DNA of 59,719 nucleotides, filler included, from Squatina squatina (taxonomy: Eukaryota), in NCBI GenBank assembly GCA_031763465.1. It is 4 parts of 4 records of this genome, joined end to end, with 100 filler letters (N's around TTAATTAATTAA, not from the genome) between each part and the next. Parts side by side here need not be neighbours in the genome. Positions count along the whole stretch, not along the records: positions 1 to 15,197 come from JARFOE010000192.1; positions 15,298 to 29,751 come from JARFOE010000234.1; 2 more parts are not named here. One strand, given 5' to 3'. The position numbers were made by a program, and so were the translations under genes. Below the pieces are notes generated by a model. The model was not told the origin of the DNA and made no database searches. It saw nothing but the letters and a program-made list of their open reading frames with translations. Below, piece after piece: positions 12,344 through 24,730 of the stretch (its first letter is position 1; each line of letters begins with the position of its first letter).

Positions 12344-12821
12344 CTGAGTAAATATTGGAAATGTTATTACTTTCAGAGTTCAAAGACTGAGAGCATTATT
12401 AAGTGTATTATTACTTTATTGCGATTTAGTGGAAAAACAATTCGGCATTTTTAAATTCATCATTCAATAATGCAGCCATGAGTAATGTACATATTTTGGA
12501 CATTACTGTAATACCATAGAATAGCAATGAGGAGAGATCGCAATACAAATATGAAGACTTGCTCTTATTCAAATGTACAGTGGCTATACTTCCTTTTAAA
12601 GTGGACTAGAACATTCCAAAAGAAGAATTAGCTCCTTAGCAAAAGCTGCTTTTTTCCTGCTGTACGGGGCAATTTTCTGGTGCACAGCCGTGCATACTGG
12701 AGAAGTGAATCGACTTCCCAGCCTTTCATGTAGGATTCTTAATGCTCGCTGAGAGGGACTGTCATCCCATCAGTCTTGGCTGCTTTGAATACCAGGTCCC
12801 AGAGGGGAAAGAACAATGAAA

Positions 12822-12920
12822 GGAAGAAAAACTTGCATTTATAAAGCGCCTTCCACAACTTGAAGCCATAACCTTCTGACTCAGAAGCAAGTCTGCTTCC
12901 CACTGAGCCACAGCTGGCAA
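12822..12920 (-). mobile_element. Mini-SINE: tRNA head fused directly to SINE tail
   Basis: The minus strand reads TGTGGCTCAGTGG...TCTGAGTCAGAAGGTTATGGCTTCAA, then GTTGTGGAAGGCGCTTTATAAATGCAAG. Confidence 0.65.
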
Positions 12921-14705
12921 TGTGCCAAACCACTGCGCTGCCAAATTCTCCAAATATGCTTAGTGCTTGCTTTCATTTCACAACAGCTGCTCACTGTGGA
13001 TCTTATGTTTACATTGCCACTATTTGGGCTGGCATTTGAAGAATGTCACCCTAATGGTCAGGTCCTCGTGTGCTCCCCCAAACCTTTAAGATTCGCAACT
13101 CAAATGTCTCCAGCCATGCCTCATCATTTCACTTTCATCCAGTACTGACGAGTTGATATAGGATTCAGAGCAGGAATGCATGAGCAGAAGCCCAGGTTTG
13201 CTGCTATAATAAAACAAGGATTTTTCATTTGTGCATACAGTCAATTCTGTGTATAGCTTTGCTGAAAGGAATCAAGCATCATCTGTGAAAACCATCTGCT
13301 GTTCTTAAGACAGGTTAACCAGGAGTGATGCAACATAAATCTGCCTGAAGACACTACTGTCCAAATTCTGGTCACTATATTGTCAAAAGTACCCACTAGA
13401 GTCCAGAGCACTCCCCATTCAGAACTTTAGGTGCATATTCTGTACCGTATAAAGGTCATTTATATGTAAAAATCTTCCGCATGCACCTCCAGTCAATTTC
13501 TAGCCTTACAAATTCCTACATATACATTTATACTAGAAACTGTATGAACTTGGCATATGCTGCAAGTAAAACCTCCCACCAGTGCAGGTACTACAGCATC
13601 ATCACTGGCAAGAGGGTGTAATTACAAGTATGAAAAGTTTACATAGGCAGTTTTCATTATAAATGTAGACATAGAAATTTAGAAATATAAAAACAGCAGA
13701 ATGAATGACTTTAAAATGGAAACTGAATTACCTCTGCACGCCCTGGCCCAATTAAAGCTATGCCCTCTAACCCCACCTCACCTGAAGGCTAAACCTAAGT
13801 GTTGACTTCCCACACATAAGGTAGCAGGAGACTGGCTAATGTTATAAATTCTTTGATCAGTTTTAAAACCATTGGTCCGGAATTTGCAGTCAGCGGCAAA
13901 GTCTTCGCCGCTGACTCCAAAGTAAGCTTCGTACAAAGATNNNNNNNNNNNNNNNNNNNNNNNNNNNNNNNNNNNNNNNNNNNNNNNNNNNNNNNNNNNN
14001 NNNNNNNNNNNNNNNNNNNNNNNNNNNNNNNNNNNNNNNNTTTTAAATTATTTGCAGTTATATTAATAGTGACCTATTACAATAATTGAACACATAACAT
14101 TTTGAAGAAGTATCTGCATTTCTGAACAACACCTCTAATTGCATCTTACTACAGTGAGGTCAGTCAAAGTTTGTCTACACCATAATTGTCAATCATTTCG
14201 TTTGCAGTTAGATCAGGAGTTTCCTCATGCAAATCACCTCACCATGATTGATACTGAGCTACATGTTCAGTTCCAAAATTACCTGCATGGCCCCCAAATT
14301 AGAAGAAAAAGTAGAGACCAATAAATACTATGAAGTTTGTTTTGATGGCTTAAGAAAAAGCAGTACTTATTTTTTTATAGTTACAGATCAAATTAATTTA
14401 CCAATAGTAGTTGTATTTTTCAGGCACTTTTATTTTTAAAAAGCCAAATTAAGATTGCCAGAGATGCTATAATTACACCAATAGGGCATTGTCCAGGCCC
14501 ACAGTTCCTCAACACAAGATTGGGGCATTGGCCAGGCACACCATCCTTCACACAGTAGGACTGAGCCGTGCCCACCATCCCCCACACAGCAGATGGCTTT
14601 GCCTACCATTCCTTCTTACACAGCACATCCCATCTCAGCAGCACCAAAAATCTCATTAAAAAGTAGTCATTTTACTCGGCATACACAGTAACTTGAGTCT
14701 GTTAC

Positions 14706-14803
14706 CTTAGCAGCTTCATAGCCCATATTTAACCACTGGGTAGTTGCAAAATGTACAGCTTCTGAAACACTGTAGCCACAGCANNNNNNNNNNNNGGAGA
14801 GAT
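14706..14803 (-). CDS. JARID2: JARID2 JmjC-domain exon, interrupted by an undersized gap
   Basis: TTTTTAG acceptor, then ATC TCT CC (ISP), 12 N, then [26 protein letters not shown] and GTAAC donor; matches recalled JARID2 ISPEVL...[17 protein letters not shown]. Confidence 0.92.
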
Positions 14804-14977
14804 CTAAAAAGACAAACATTTACCAGTTAGGAACAAAAATACATTAACACAGTATAGTGTTAGTCTATAGTCATCATTGTTTTTCACTATAGAAAACTCG
14901 TGTTAACTGGAAAACAAGTGAAGTAATATAGTGTGACTAACTCAATCCAGTTCACAAGTATGTTATTTTTGTATTGC

Positions 14978-15197
14978 AACAATAACAACTTGTATTTATA
15001 TAGTGCCTTTGACACAGTAAAACGTCCCAAGGCACTTCTCAGGAGCGTTATAAAACAAAATTTGACGCCGAGTCACATAAGGAAAGATTAGGACAAATGA
15101 AAGAGATAGCTTTTAAGGAGCGTCTTAAAAGGAGGAAAGAGGTAGAGTGGTTTAGGGAGGGAATTTCAGAGCTTAGGGCCTTGGCAGCTGACAGCAC
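14978..15197 (-). mobile_element. L2-like LINE 3' end
   Basis: AACAAC-type tail plus TTTATATAGTGCCTTT, GTTTTAAGGAGCGTCTTAAA-like and AGGGAATTTCAGAGC motifs; homologous to 18063-18260 and 34350-34790. Confidence 0.7.
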
Positions 15198-15297
15198 NNN
15201 NNNNNNNNNNNNNNNNNNNNNNNNNNNNNNNNNNNNNNNNNTTAATTAATTAANNNNNNNNNNNNNNNNNNNNNNNNNNNNNNNNNNNNNNNNNNNN
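15198..15297. other. Synthetic scaffolding spacer 44N-TTAATTAATTAA-44N
   Basis: Identical 100-bp structure at 29752-29851 and 45370-45469; the 12-mer gives stops in all six frames. Confidence 0.95.
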
Positions 15298-16518
15298 TGA
15301 GTGTTTTTGTGCAATATATCTAGTTAACTCTTCGGCTGCTGATATTTATATAGCAAAGCATTGAATGTCCACAAAATGTTCGAGCATTCAGGCCACTGAT
15401 AGGAAGAGCCTTAATTAATTGGCTTCTCGCTTGTTTGTAAAATACACAGGATTCTGAACATTTTTTCAAATGTAGAAGTGGAGTAAATTGCTGCAAAGAA
15501 AATCACATGAAAATAGAACTTTTAAAAAATGACCATTGGGAAAACCTACCCCTTAAATATCTCTGGATATGATGTATGAAGTAATAACTGGGTGTGATTA
15601 ATCATTCAAATAGAAGGTAATTATGCCAATGAACTCCTTTTTGGCAGAAAAGATTAAAAACTTAATTAGTTTAAAAAGTAGGCCACCAAGGCCCATCAGG
15701 CATTGATCACATCTCGGGGGAGATGGTTTAGCTGCATCCGACATTTTATTTAGAATGTAAATGTCACTGAATGCATCATTCATCTTGTTTATTTGCTTTA
15801 AAGNNNNNNNNNNNNNNNNNNNNNNNNNNNNNNNNNNNNNNNNNNNNNNNNNNNNNNNNNNNNNNNNNNNNNNNNNNNNNNNNNNNNNNNNNNNNNNNNN
15901 NNNNNNNNNNNNNNNNNNNNNNNNNNNNNNNNNNNNNNNNNNNNNNNNNNNNNNNNNNNNNNNNNNNNNNNNNNNNNNNNNNNNNNNNNNNNNNNNNNNN
16001 NNNNNNNNNNNNNNNNNNNNNNNNNNNNNNNNNNNNNNNNNNNNNNNNNNNNNNNNNNNNNNNNNNNNNNNNNNNNNNNNNNNNNNNNNNNNNNNNNNNN
16101 NNNNNNNNNNNNNNNNNNNNNNNNNNNNNNNNNNNNNNNNNNNNNNNNNNNNNNNNNNNNNNNNNNNNNNNNNNNNNNNNNNNNNNNNNNNNNNNNNNNN
16201 NNNNNNNNNNNNNNNNNNNNNNNNNNNNNNNNNNNNNNNNNNNNNNNNNNNNNNNNNNNNNNNNNNNNNNNNNNNNNNNNNNNNNNNNNNNNNNNNNNNN
16301 NNNNNNNNNNNNNNNNNNNNNNNNNNNNNNNNNNNNNNNNNNNNNNNNNNNNNNNNNNNNNNNNNNNNNNNNNNNNNNNNNNNNNNNNNNNNNNNNNNNN
16401 NNNNNNNNNNNNNNNNNNNNNNNNNNNNNNNNNNNNNNNNNNNNNNNNNNNNNNNNNNNNNNNNNNNNNNNNNNNNNNNNNNNNNNNNNNNNNNNNNNNN
16501 NNNNNNNNNNNNNNNNNN

Positions 16519-17432
16519 CTATTTGCAAAAGTTGGAACATTGCCCTTTCACCTCTGTGACCTGGATTTTAATCCACCCCCTCCTTCTCCTCCAGGCATAT
16601 GGAAAGAGTGTCTTTTCAGATTGTAAGGATGCCATATGAAATAGCTTTAGGCCGGTTCTTGATCTGCACAGGGCCACAACACATGACTATTCCTAATTTC
16701 ATACTAGTTGGCACAAAACTGTCAGCCTCATTCAGTTAGGCCACAAAGATAGCTGATGTGGAAAATTGAAAATTCTACTTATCGAGGTTTGGATACTGAG
16801 TGGTGCAGAGCATAAGAACGATTAACGTGGCAATTGATATCCTTTGCTTTAATTAATTAAAAAAAACTATGCATTAATTTCATCACGATGTTTCATGTAA
16901 TGGATAGAATGAAGTGTTTTTAATGCAATTTATATTATGTCCTCTTTGTAAATAAGCTCTGTGGAACTTATGTTTTCATCACAAAGTTTAAGTATGCTAC
17001 TCCATTGATCATATGTGGTATAAATGTTTTAAAACAGGAGGTGCCCTTCCCATGGGCAGCCTGGCAGCAGTTGGTCATGGGTACAGCTTTAACTAAGCAA
17101 TCTGCCACAGTTGAGGAAGTTTCATCAATTTGCAGTCCCACTGGATGGCCTAATTACTTATATCAAATGAAGAAGTATCAGCCTAATCACTGTATCAATT
17201 GATGGTGGTCAATACCCACGCTATACCACTGTCCCAAATAGAAAAGCATATGCGTTGGTGAGTAGCTTGTCAAAGAATGAAAATGGGAAGGATTAAGAAC
17301 ATTTTGCAATTTCATATGGCATCCTTACAATCTGAAAAGACACTCTTTCCATATGCCTGGAGGAGAAGGAGGGGATGGATTAAAATCCAGGTCACAGAGG
17401 TGAAAGGGCAATATTCCAACTTTAGCAAATAG
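16519..17432. repeat. 124-bp inverted repeat pair (3 mismatches) around a ~670-bp spacer
   Basis: 16519-16642 is the reverse complement of 17309-17432. Confidence 0.95.
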
Positions 17433-17444
17433 GCAATTGACATC

Positions 17445-17682
17445 TGTTTTGCAGTTTTGGTCACCTTATCTGAGGAAGGATGTTCTTGCTATGGAGGGAG
17501 TGCAGCGAAGGTTCACCAGACTGATTCCTGGGATGGCAGGNNNNNNNNNNNNNNNNNNNNNNNNNNNNNNNNNNNNNNNNNNNNNNNNNNNNNNNNNNNN
17601 NNNNNNNNNNNNNNNNNNNNNNNNNNNNNNNNNNNNNNNNCCAAAGATTCGCCACCCTGAGCGTGAAGAAATTTCTCATTTT
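17445..17682. mobile_element. CR1 ORF2 C-terminal fragments on either side of a gap (opposite orientations)
   Basis: Plus: QFWSPYLRKDVLAMEGVQRRFTRLIPGM. Minus: RNFFTLRVANLW. Both are characteristic CR1 ORF2 motifs. Confidence 0.85.
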
Positions 17683-18062
17683 GTGGGAAGGTGCCTGTCA
17701 CCTATCTCATTAAACGGAAAGAATGTGATACTGTGACGTCTCTCCATAGTGTCTGTCTTGTGCTTGTCAAGAACATTCACAGTAGTGTGTAATTTGCTTG
17801 GCTTCCTCTTGGATGTTAGGATGATTCCGCTGCCACCAGGAGCCTTGTGGTGAGTAGTCATAGTTCCGCTCACAAGTCAAGTTGTCAAAAAAGTTGAGGG
17901 TTTTATTTTGTTGCGAAACAAACATCTCTACGATAGAGGGATCAACTCTTGGAACTTGCTACCCACTACTGCGGTCCTTCCCGTCCAAGTCTCACTGATC
18001 AGCAGCAGTGCAAACCAGCTACTGTCATTTCTATAAAACGCCCTGGGCATCGATTACTCCAG

Positions 18063-18260
18063 ACAACAATAACTTACATTTATATAGCGCCTTTTTAAAT
18101 GTAGTTTGACACCGAGCCATACAAGGAGACATTAGGGCAGGTGGCCAGAAGCTTGGTCAAAGAGAGAGGTTTTAAAGAGCGTCTTAAAGGAGGAAAGAGA
18201 GGCAGAGAGGTTTAAGAAGGGAATTCCAGAGCTTCGGGCCTTGGCTGCTGAAGGCACGAC
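18063..18260 (-). mobile_element. L2-like LINE 3' end
   Basis: Homologous to 14978-15197. Confidence 0.7.
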
Positions 18261-19527
18261 TGCTTGTCCTGAAAATCCTGTGTGAGGGTTGAGGGTGCTA
18301 GGCATTTCTGCCTTAGCTGCGGGTTAGGATTGATGTGCTTGTCGACTTCTGGGTAATCAATCTTCCAGCTAGCCCAACAGGTTCCAGCCTTCAAATATTG
18401 TACATGCACTGTGCTTCTGTCAACCACGTGAGACAGGAGTTACAGCTGGTTCTCTTGCTTGTTGGGATTCTGAAGGAAACTACAGTATCACTGGGTTCTC
18501 TATAATGGAATTGCTTTCAGTGTTTCTGTGGCATTTGAGTTAACAGAGAGGATGAGGAAATAAGCAGACAAGGGCTGCCATGGATGTCATATGGCACCAA
18601 AGGTGTAGTGTCTGGGCCCATCTATCGACCCAACTATCTTATTATGACTGCCTCTAGAGGCTGAGGTTTAGCCAGGTGGCAGTTCCAGACCCATGTGATC
18701 TGCTTCAGAAAGATATCTGGACAACATTGCACTGAGGGACAAATCTGTTGGAGGCCGTTGTCAAAACTGGTTATTCACACTCTTCCAGCAGGCACTTTCC
18801 AGGCATTTTGCTGCATAAATTCCTGGCCTGCTCTTCCCTGTCCAAATGGAAGACTTTCAAATGCTGTCCTCAGCTGTTCTGCCAGTTAATAAGTTCTGCC
18901 ATTCCATTTGTCAGCCCTCCACTCAGATGATCGACCTAGCTATTTACTCCTGCAGCTAAAAATACCAGTATTGGGGAATAATTGGCAAAAGAAAATTCTC
19001 CTGAAAATTTTCAGAAGCCCACTGTTAATCCTCAAATAGTCATTTCTTTACCTACATTAACAACAATGATTGTAAGTTAAAATCATTAATTGGCTTTACA
19101 GCACTTTGAGTGATCTTGAGGGCATGAAAGGCACCATTTTGGTTGCCAAGGTTAGTGACTGAAGAATATGTGCAGATATCTTAATAGGTTATTCTTCAGG
19201 TTTATTTATTGATCCTCACTGTAAACTTGGTACACCATCTCAGAGGGAGAAGGCAGGGAATTTATTAAATGTAGCTCATCAGACACTTCTTTCCTTCCCA
19301 CTGTGGCATGTTGTCATGAGTGGAGTGGAGGAAGGTGAAGTTGGATACCTTCCCAAAATTCATGGCTAGTATTCTTAGCTTTTCATTATGTATTTAGTCC
19401 ACCCTTTATTTCCCATATACAGACCCNNNNNNNNNNNNNNNNNNNNNNNNNNNNNNNNNNNNNNNNNNNNNNNNNNNNNNNNNNNNNNNNNNNNNNNNNN
19501 NNNNNNNNNNNNNNNNNNNNNNNNNNT

Positions 19528-19779
19528 TCCTGTCACTGCTGACTCCAATCAGGCCTGCGCTGTTCCCTCGCTCTCTGTTTAATGCCCTGCTCCTGTCACT
19601 GCCGACTCCAATCAGGCCTGCGCTGTTCCCTCGCTCTCTGTTTAATGCTCTGCTCCTGTCACTGCCAACATCAATCAGGCCTGCACTGTTACCCCGCTCT
19701 CTGTTTAATGCACTGCTCCTGTCACTGCCAACTCCAGTCAGGTCCGCACTGTTCCCCGGCTCTCTGTTTAATACTCTGC
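19528..19779. repeat. 63-bp minisatellite, 4 copies visible (continues into gap)
   Basis: TCCTGTCACTGC recurs at 19528, 19591, 19654 and 19717. Confidence 0.95.
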
Positions 19780-22018
19780 CGTCTGTTTGCAGGCTGAAAA
19801 TCTGAGATTGCATAGCACTGCAAGGTTTGCATATGTGCAGGTTTACAGAGTGTATTCAAATTCCACTACAGTGTTGCCATAAAGGAGTATCTGAGCATTT
19901 GCACACCACCTCTCTTGAAGGTGCTTGACCCTTGAGAAGGTACAGTTCTGCAAGCATTAGCAGACCTTCAGTAGCACATCAAAGTAGCCGCCTTCATATG
20001 TGACCCTAGACAGTGAGTTTCAGCAGGCTATTTAACCATGTGTGGCATGACAACGAAGCTCAAACCCGGCATTATCTGAAGCAGTTACTGGATCGTAGGT
20101 ACCCTGCCTGATGTTTCCCTCCAGATGCCAGGATGCTGTTGCAAGCTCTAGCGCTATTACTGCCACTCAGATGCAAATCGCAAAGTCAACACAGAGTAGC
20201 AATCAAACCTGGGACTTCCTGCTCTGTATGAGCTCCACACTGGACAGTTGCTGGGAACTTCCTTGCCGTTTCTGCTGACCTTCCATCAAAGTTACAGCCA
20301 CAGATTAGGGGAGGCCTCCCCTCCCGCAACCCTGAGGAATTTCCCGGTGAGGGCCTTTACCACTTAAGCCACTGGGGGAGCTCGAGATCTTGTATATTAC
20401 CAGCAGAATCGTCTCTCACTGGTGAGATGTGAAGTAATGAAGCTGAGTAAATAATTCAAATCTCCCTCTGGCTCATTGCCAGCAGCCTCCTGCCAGCAAA
20501 TGGGCACATTGTTGGGACTCATTTCATTACAAAAATAATTATACTGAATTTGTAGCTGCTGAATAACTGGTCACACCTGAGTATGTCAGATACAGCTTTG
20601 AAAGGGTTGTGTGATGAATAGGGGTGGATGCTTTGCATTCTATGTCTAAATAGATTAGGATTACCTGAATTAAAGTGAACATTTTAAAACAAGACCCCAT
20701 TTGCAGTGCACTCCCTGCACACACATGCAGTCATCCCGTGCTTAAAGTCAGTGCAATTGTCTACAAACATACACTCACTGCGAGATTTATTTTCAGATTT
20801 GACATCTCTGAATTGTTTTATTTTAATGATTAAGTAAATCCATTTTCTCCATTTCTGTCAGACCTCTGCCCTCATCAGGAGATTATTTTCCAGCAAAAGA
20901 AATTCAATTCAATTTGATGGAGAAAAAAATTCTGAGGAAGGATTTTATTTTTTAACAACACAAAGAGATAATCAAGGAGGTTCATCAGCATTAATAATAG
21001 TTTATAAACAAAGCTTAATTCTTAGTCTTAAAGACACTGCAGAATAATATAAACTACGGGTTAGAGACAAACAGAAACCTCCGAGTATCAAAGCTGTGGT
21101 CACTGAGAATTGTGATTTTTAAGAGCAGTAAAGTATCTTCAGTATCGAAGGACTGATGACATCCTCTTCTCCTTGAGTTACAATTAAATGTTATTCAAAA
21201 TAAATTGTAACATTTGTTATTANNNNNNNNNNNNNNNNNNNNNNNNNNNNNNNNNNNNNNNNNNNNNNNNNNNNNNNNNNNNNNNNNNNNNNNNNNNNNN
21301 NNNNNNNNNNNNNNNNNNNNNNAGAGCATTTACAGGGAAAAAATAGAATAAATGAGAAACACAACTGAAAGAGCTTTAAACCACTTATGGTGGTAACTGC
21401 TTACTGCAGCAGTTAACTGGTGTGATTAAAAGTGCTGCTTAATCTGTTACAGAGGGTTTAAAAGATATACAGCATCCCAGGCACTTTTCAAACTGCTGGG
21501 CAAAAACTGCTTTCAATAATATCAGGAGACATTCTTTCTTCACATTTTGCAAATGAGTGCTTCTTAACTCTGAAAATGTCTTCCATCAAAGACTGAAAAT
21601 AGGAAACAACATTTAGATTTCTTGGCCACAGATAGACATTTTTCCTCTTCAGTATACCATTCTGAATTTATTGTTAAAAATAAGGATTCTTTGACCACAA
21701 TCAATTGGCCCCTTTTTTCCATCACTAGAATGATATCAGGATGATTAAATCTCCTGGGCAACATCAAATTGGTTATAAAGGTCACAATGAAATATTTTTA
21801 CTTGGAAAATGGAATTACATTTTCAACAGAAATGACATGAGTAATGGCAGTTTACGGTCGAATGATTTTATATCTGTGGGTGTATGTGATTTCAGTTCCT
21901 CCTGCTCTCCATGTTATNNNNNNNNNNNNNNNNNNNNNNNNNNNNNNNNNNNNNNNNNNNNNNNNNNNNNNNNNNNNNNNNNNNNNNNNNNNNNNNNNNN
22001 NNNNNNNNNNNNNNNNNA

Positions 22019-22086
22019 GTCCGGGCTGGATTTGAATCTGGGCCCAGAAGTGAAAGACTAGTGTCTAGCCACAATGCTATCCACTT
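22019..22086 (-). mobile_element. tRNA-derived SINE head, LF-SINE-like
   Basis: The minus strand has CTTTCACTTCTGG...ATTCAAATCCAGCCC (B-box-like), resembling the recalled LF-SINE head. Confidence 0.4.
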
Positions 22087-23486
22087 TTCCATGGTACAGT
22101 TTTACATGATTTGTGCCAGCATACTGTGTAAACAAAAACAGGTTCACTGAACTTCTGCTTTAAGTGGCAGGAATTCTGAATGTTAATACTCCCTTACCTT
22201 AAATGTGGGAAGGGGTTTTGTAGTTAAATGTAACACTAGGGATCCTTGATCAGAAACGAAGGTCATGTTTTACAAAGCTGTAGTATAAATACAAGTTAAG
22301 CATTAGGGGCTCCATAGGACGTAAGGACTGTAGCTTTAATTAGTACTTCGGTGCCATCATTTCCTGTACGTACTCATTAATTAGGTGAACAAAAGGTGGG
22401 TCATTTCTACAAAATAATGCGGACAATCAATTCTTTATGTGTAGAAAGACATGTTCAAGTCCCTTTAGGGCACAGTTATCCTCTCGTTTTGGGTCCCAAA
22501 CAAAAATTGGAAGCCCATGTGTAATTGTGGATTCGAGACATCAGGGCTACTGGGGTCAGGCTACTGAGCTGAAAGAGTTGATATCACTTTTGTTTCCATG
22601 AACTAAATGTGAAAGATGCTAGGAAATTCAAACTACTGATTATTTTCTTTATTTAAAAATCATTCCANNNNNNNNNNNNTAAGGTCTTTCAAAGAAAAAT
22701 GATAAAATGGGACAAACAACTGGTAGGCTTTTTCGCATTTGTTAACAACTGTTTGTTAGCATTTTCTGAAGTAATTATCCTAAACTTCTTCAAAGTAGAA
22801 TGGGTGGAATGTGGTCAGAGTACAGGAAGTGGGCGAAACAAAAATGCGTTCCACTCTGATAGCTGTCATAGTTATGCAGTTTAAACCCTTATTTCATGTC
22901 CACCAGTACTTCCATTTCATAAATACTGCTTGTCAGCACAATGAAATGTTTCATTAGAATAGATTAAAAGGTCTTAATGATGTAACTTAATATTTATTAC
23001 TGAATGCCATGAGTGATTTCCTTTATCATATATAACATCTCACAGTGACTGATTGAAGAATTGTATCCCTCATCATCTCATCAGAAGATATTTTAACTTT
23101 TATTTCTACATAAGCTGAAGATGAATACTGTCCACACTCTGACAGTTCACCTCATACTCATAATATTCTCTGCACACATTAACGACCAGTTCAGACTCAC
23201 ATTAATGTGTGCTCTGGCATGGTTTTCAATACACTTATATAAATCTTACCCACAGTACAGTGATTGGACTACTTTAGAGACTGTAAAATTGACTTTAAAA
23301 TGCTTTCAATCTTGACAGGCTTCATGTTCTGAAATCACTGAACCATTTGCAGCTCTGTTTAAATGTACAGCTATTACTTTAGCTANNNNNNNNNNNNNNN
23401 NNNNNNNNNNNNNNNNNNNNNNNNNNNNNNNNNNNNNNNNNNNNNNNNNNNNNNNNNNNNNNNNNNNNNNNNNNNNNNNNNNNNNT

Positions 23487-23650
23487 TGTGAGTAAGTGCT
23501 GCTTGATTGCACTGTTGATGACACCTTCCATCACTTTGCTGATGATTGGGAGTAGACTGATGGGGCAGTAATTGTCCTGCTTTTTGTGGACTGGACATAA
23601 CTGGGCAATTTTTCACTTTGTTGGATAGATGCCAGTGTTGTAGCTGTACT
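23487..23650 (-). mobile_element. LINE reverse-transcriptase fragment (non-LTR, decayed)
   Basis: The minus strand gives YSYNTGIYPTK.KIAQLCPVHKK and, after a frame break, NYCPISLLPIISKVMEGVINSAIKQHLL, the NYRPISLL motif of LINE RTs. Confidence 0.8.
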
Positions 23651-24570
23651 CATTATTCTCATGCCGGCTCCTGGAATTTAAGAAAAAAATATGAATATCT
23701 CCTTTAAGAACTCCCCATAGGTATGCCACTGGCAGCAGACTCTTAGCTCAGGAGTTCCTTCACTTTGTTGCCAAAGCTCATTAAATAGAAAGGCTTTCTC
23801 TCATGTTCTTCATTGACTTNNNNNNNNNNGAGTGAAGCTACTCCCCCCACTGGGTAGAACCCATAAATAATTATATCCGCGGTCAGTGATATTTTATAAA
23901 ATTGCTAATTTTATAATACATATAGATATCGCCTGAACATTTGATCTCCGTGTTTTGATGTTGAACTATGTAGATTATTCTCTTGTGAACTGCACATCGA
24001 ACGTCAGACATCCATTGGTGTTGTTTTACCCATTGTGGCTCAGCCATCGCTCTTCATTGCTAATAGCTTAATGTCCGCCCCCCTCCTTTTTCGTCTAGTT
24101 TGAGGCATGAGACTGGAATGCCCTCTGTCATCATTTATCATCATTATTTACTCTTGTAAATTTAAACAGCCAAGTATGAACACTGGTAAATATATGCCCC
24201 TAATAAGCATGCTTGCAAACAAATAATTATTTCTTATTTACTTTCTGGTTCCTACATTTTTTCAGATTTAATTAGAAAATTAGTCAATTCACTAAGTAGT
24301 CTGTAAATACAGTCATTGTCAGTCAATAAAAACTGTATGTAGAAGATTTAAGTTATTTTTAATCCAATAAAACATTACAACTATTTTTCCTATCTTTCAA
24401 CAGAAAAATGGGCACCTCCACAGTTTCTAGTTTTATGCAGTTCCACTACTCAATTGATAGGCCATGGAATGAGATTTATAGCACTACTTCTGAAAAGTAG
24501 CCCAACAACCATACATGAAAACATTTTACTTAAACGGTAATTCTCAAATGTAATGATATTAAACATTTAC

Positions 24571-24730
24571 CTTGTTTTGCCGACTCTGAAAGTTTCTCAA
24601 ACTTTTGACAACATAACTGCTGGTTGGTCTCAGCTTGAAGCACATCTTTGTTTTTAGCTCTTGATCTATCCAGTAGCTTGTTTGCATTTTCATAATCCAC
24701 TAATGACCTTGCTCGTCTATAAAGGAGGTC
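24571..24730 (-). CDS. SNX6: Sorting nexin SNX6-like BAR-domain exon
   Basis: 160 nt, CAG acceptor and GTAAA donor. DLLYRRARSLVDYENANKLLDRSRAKNKDVLQAETNQQLCCQKFEKLSESAKQ is closer to recalled SNX6 than to SNX5 or SNX32; paralog assignment untested. Confidence 0.85.

Noticed and set aside
13888-13916. 10-bp hairpin AGTCAGCGGC/GCCGCTGACT
   Set aside because: Short and adjacent to a gap; likely the end of a GC-rich repeat, with too little sequence to interpret.
15242-15253. Palindromic TTAATTAATTAA recurring inside gaps (also 29796-29807 and 45414-45425)
   Set aside because: Always centred in 44N+12+44N = 100 bp: a synthetic six-frame-stop linker from scaffolding, not biology.
19406-19813. 135-aa ORF with ALNRERGNSAGLIGVGSDRSR repeats
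   Set aside because: A by-product of a 63-bp minisatellite (multiple of 3); units differ at nonsynonymous sites and no splice or homology support was seen.
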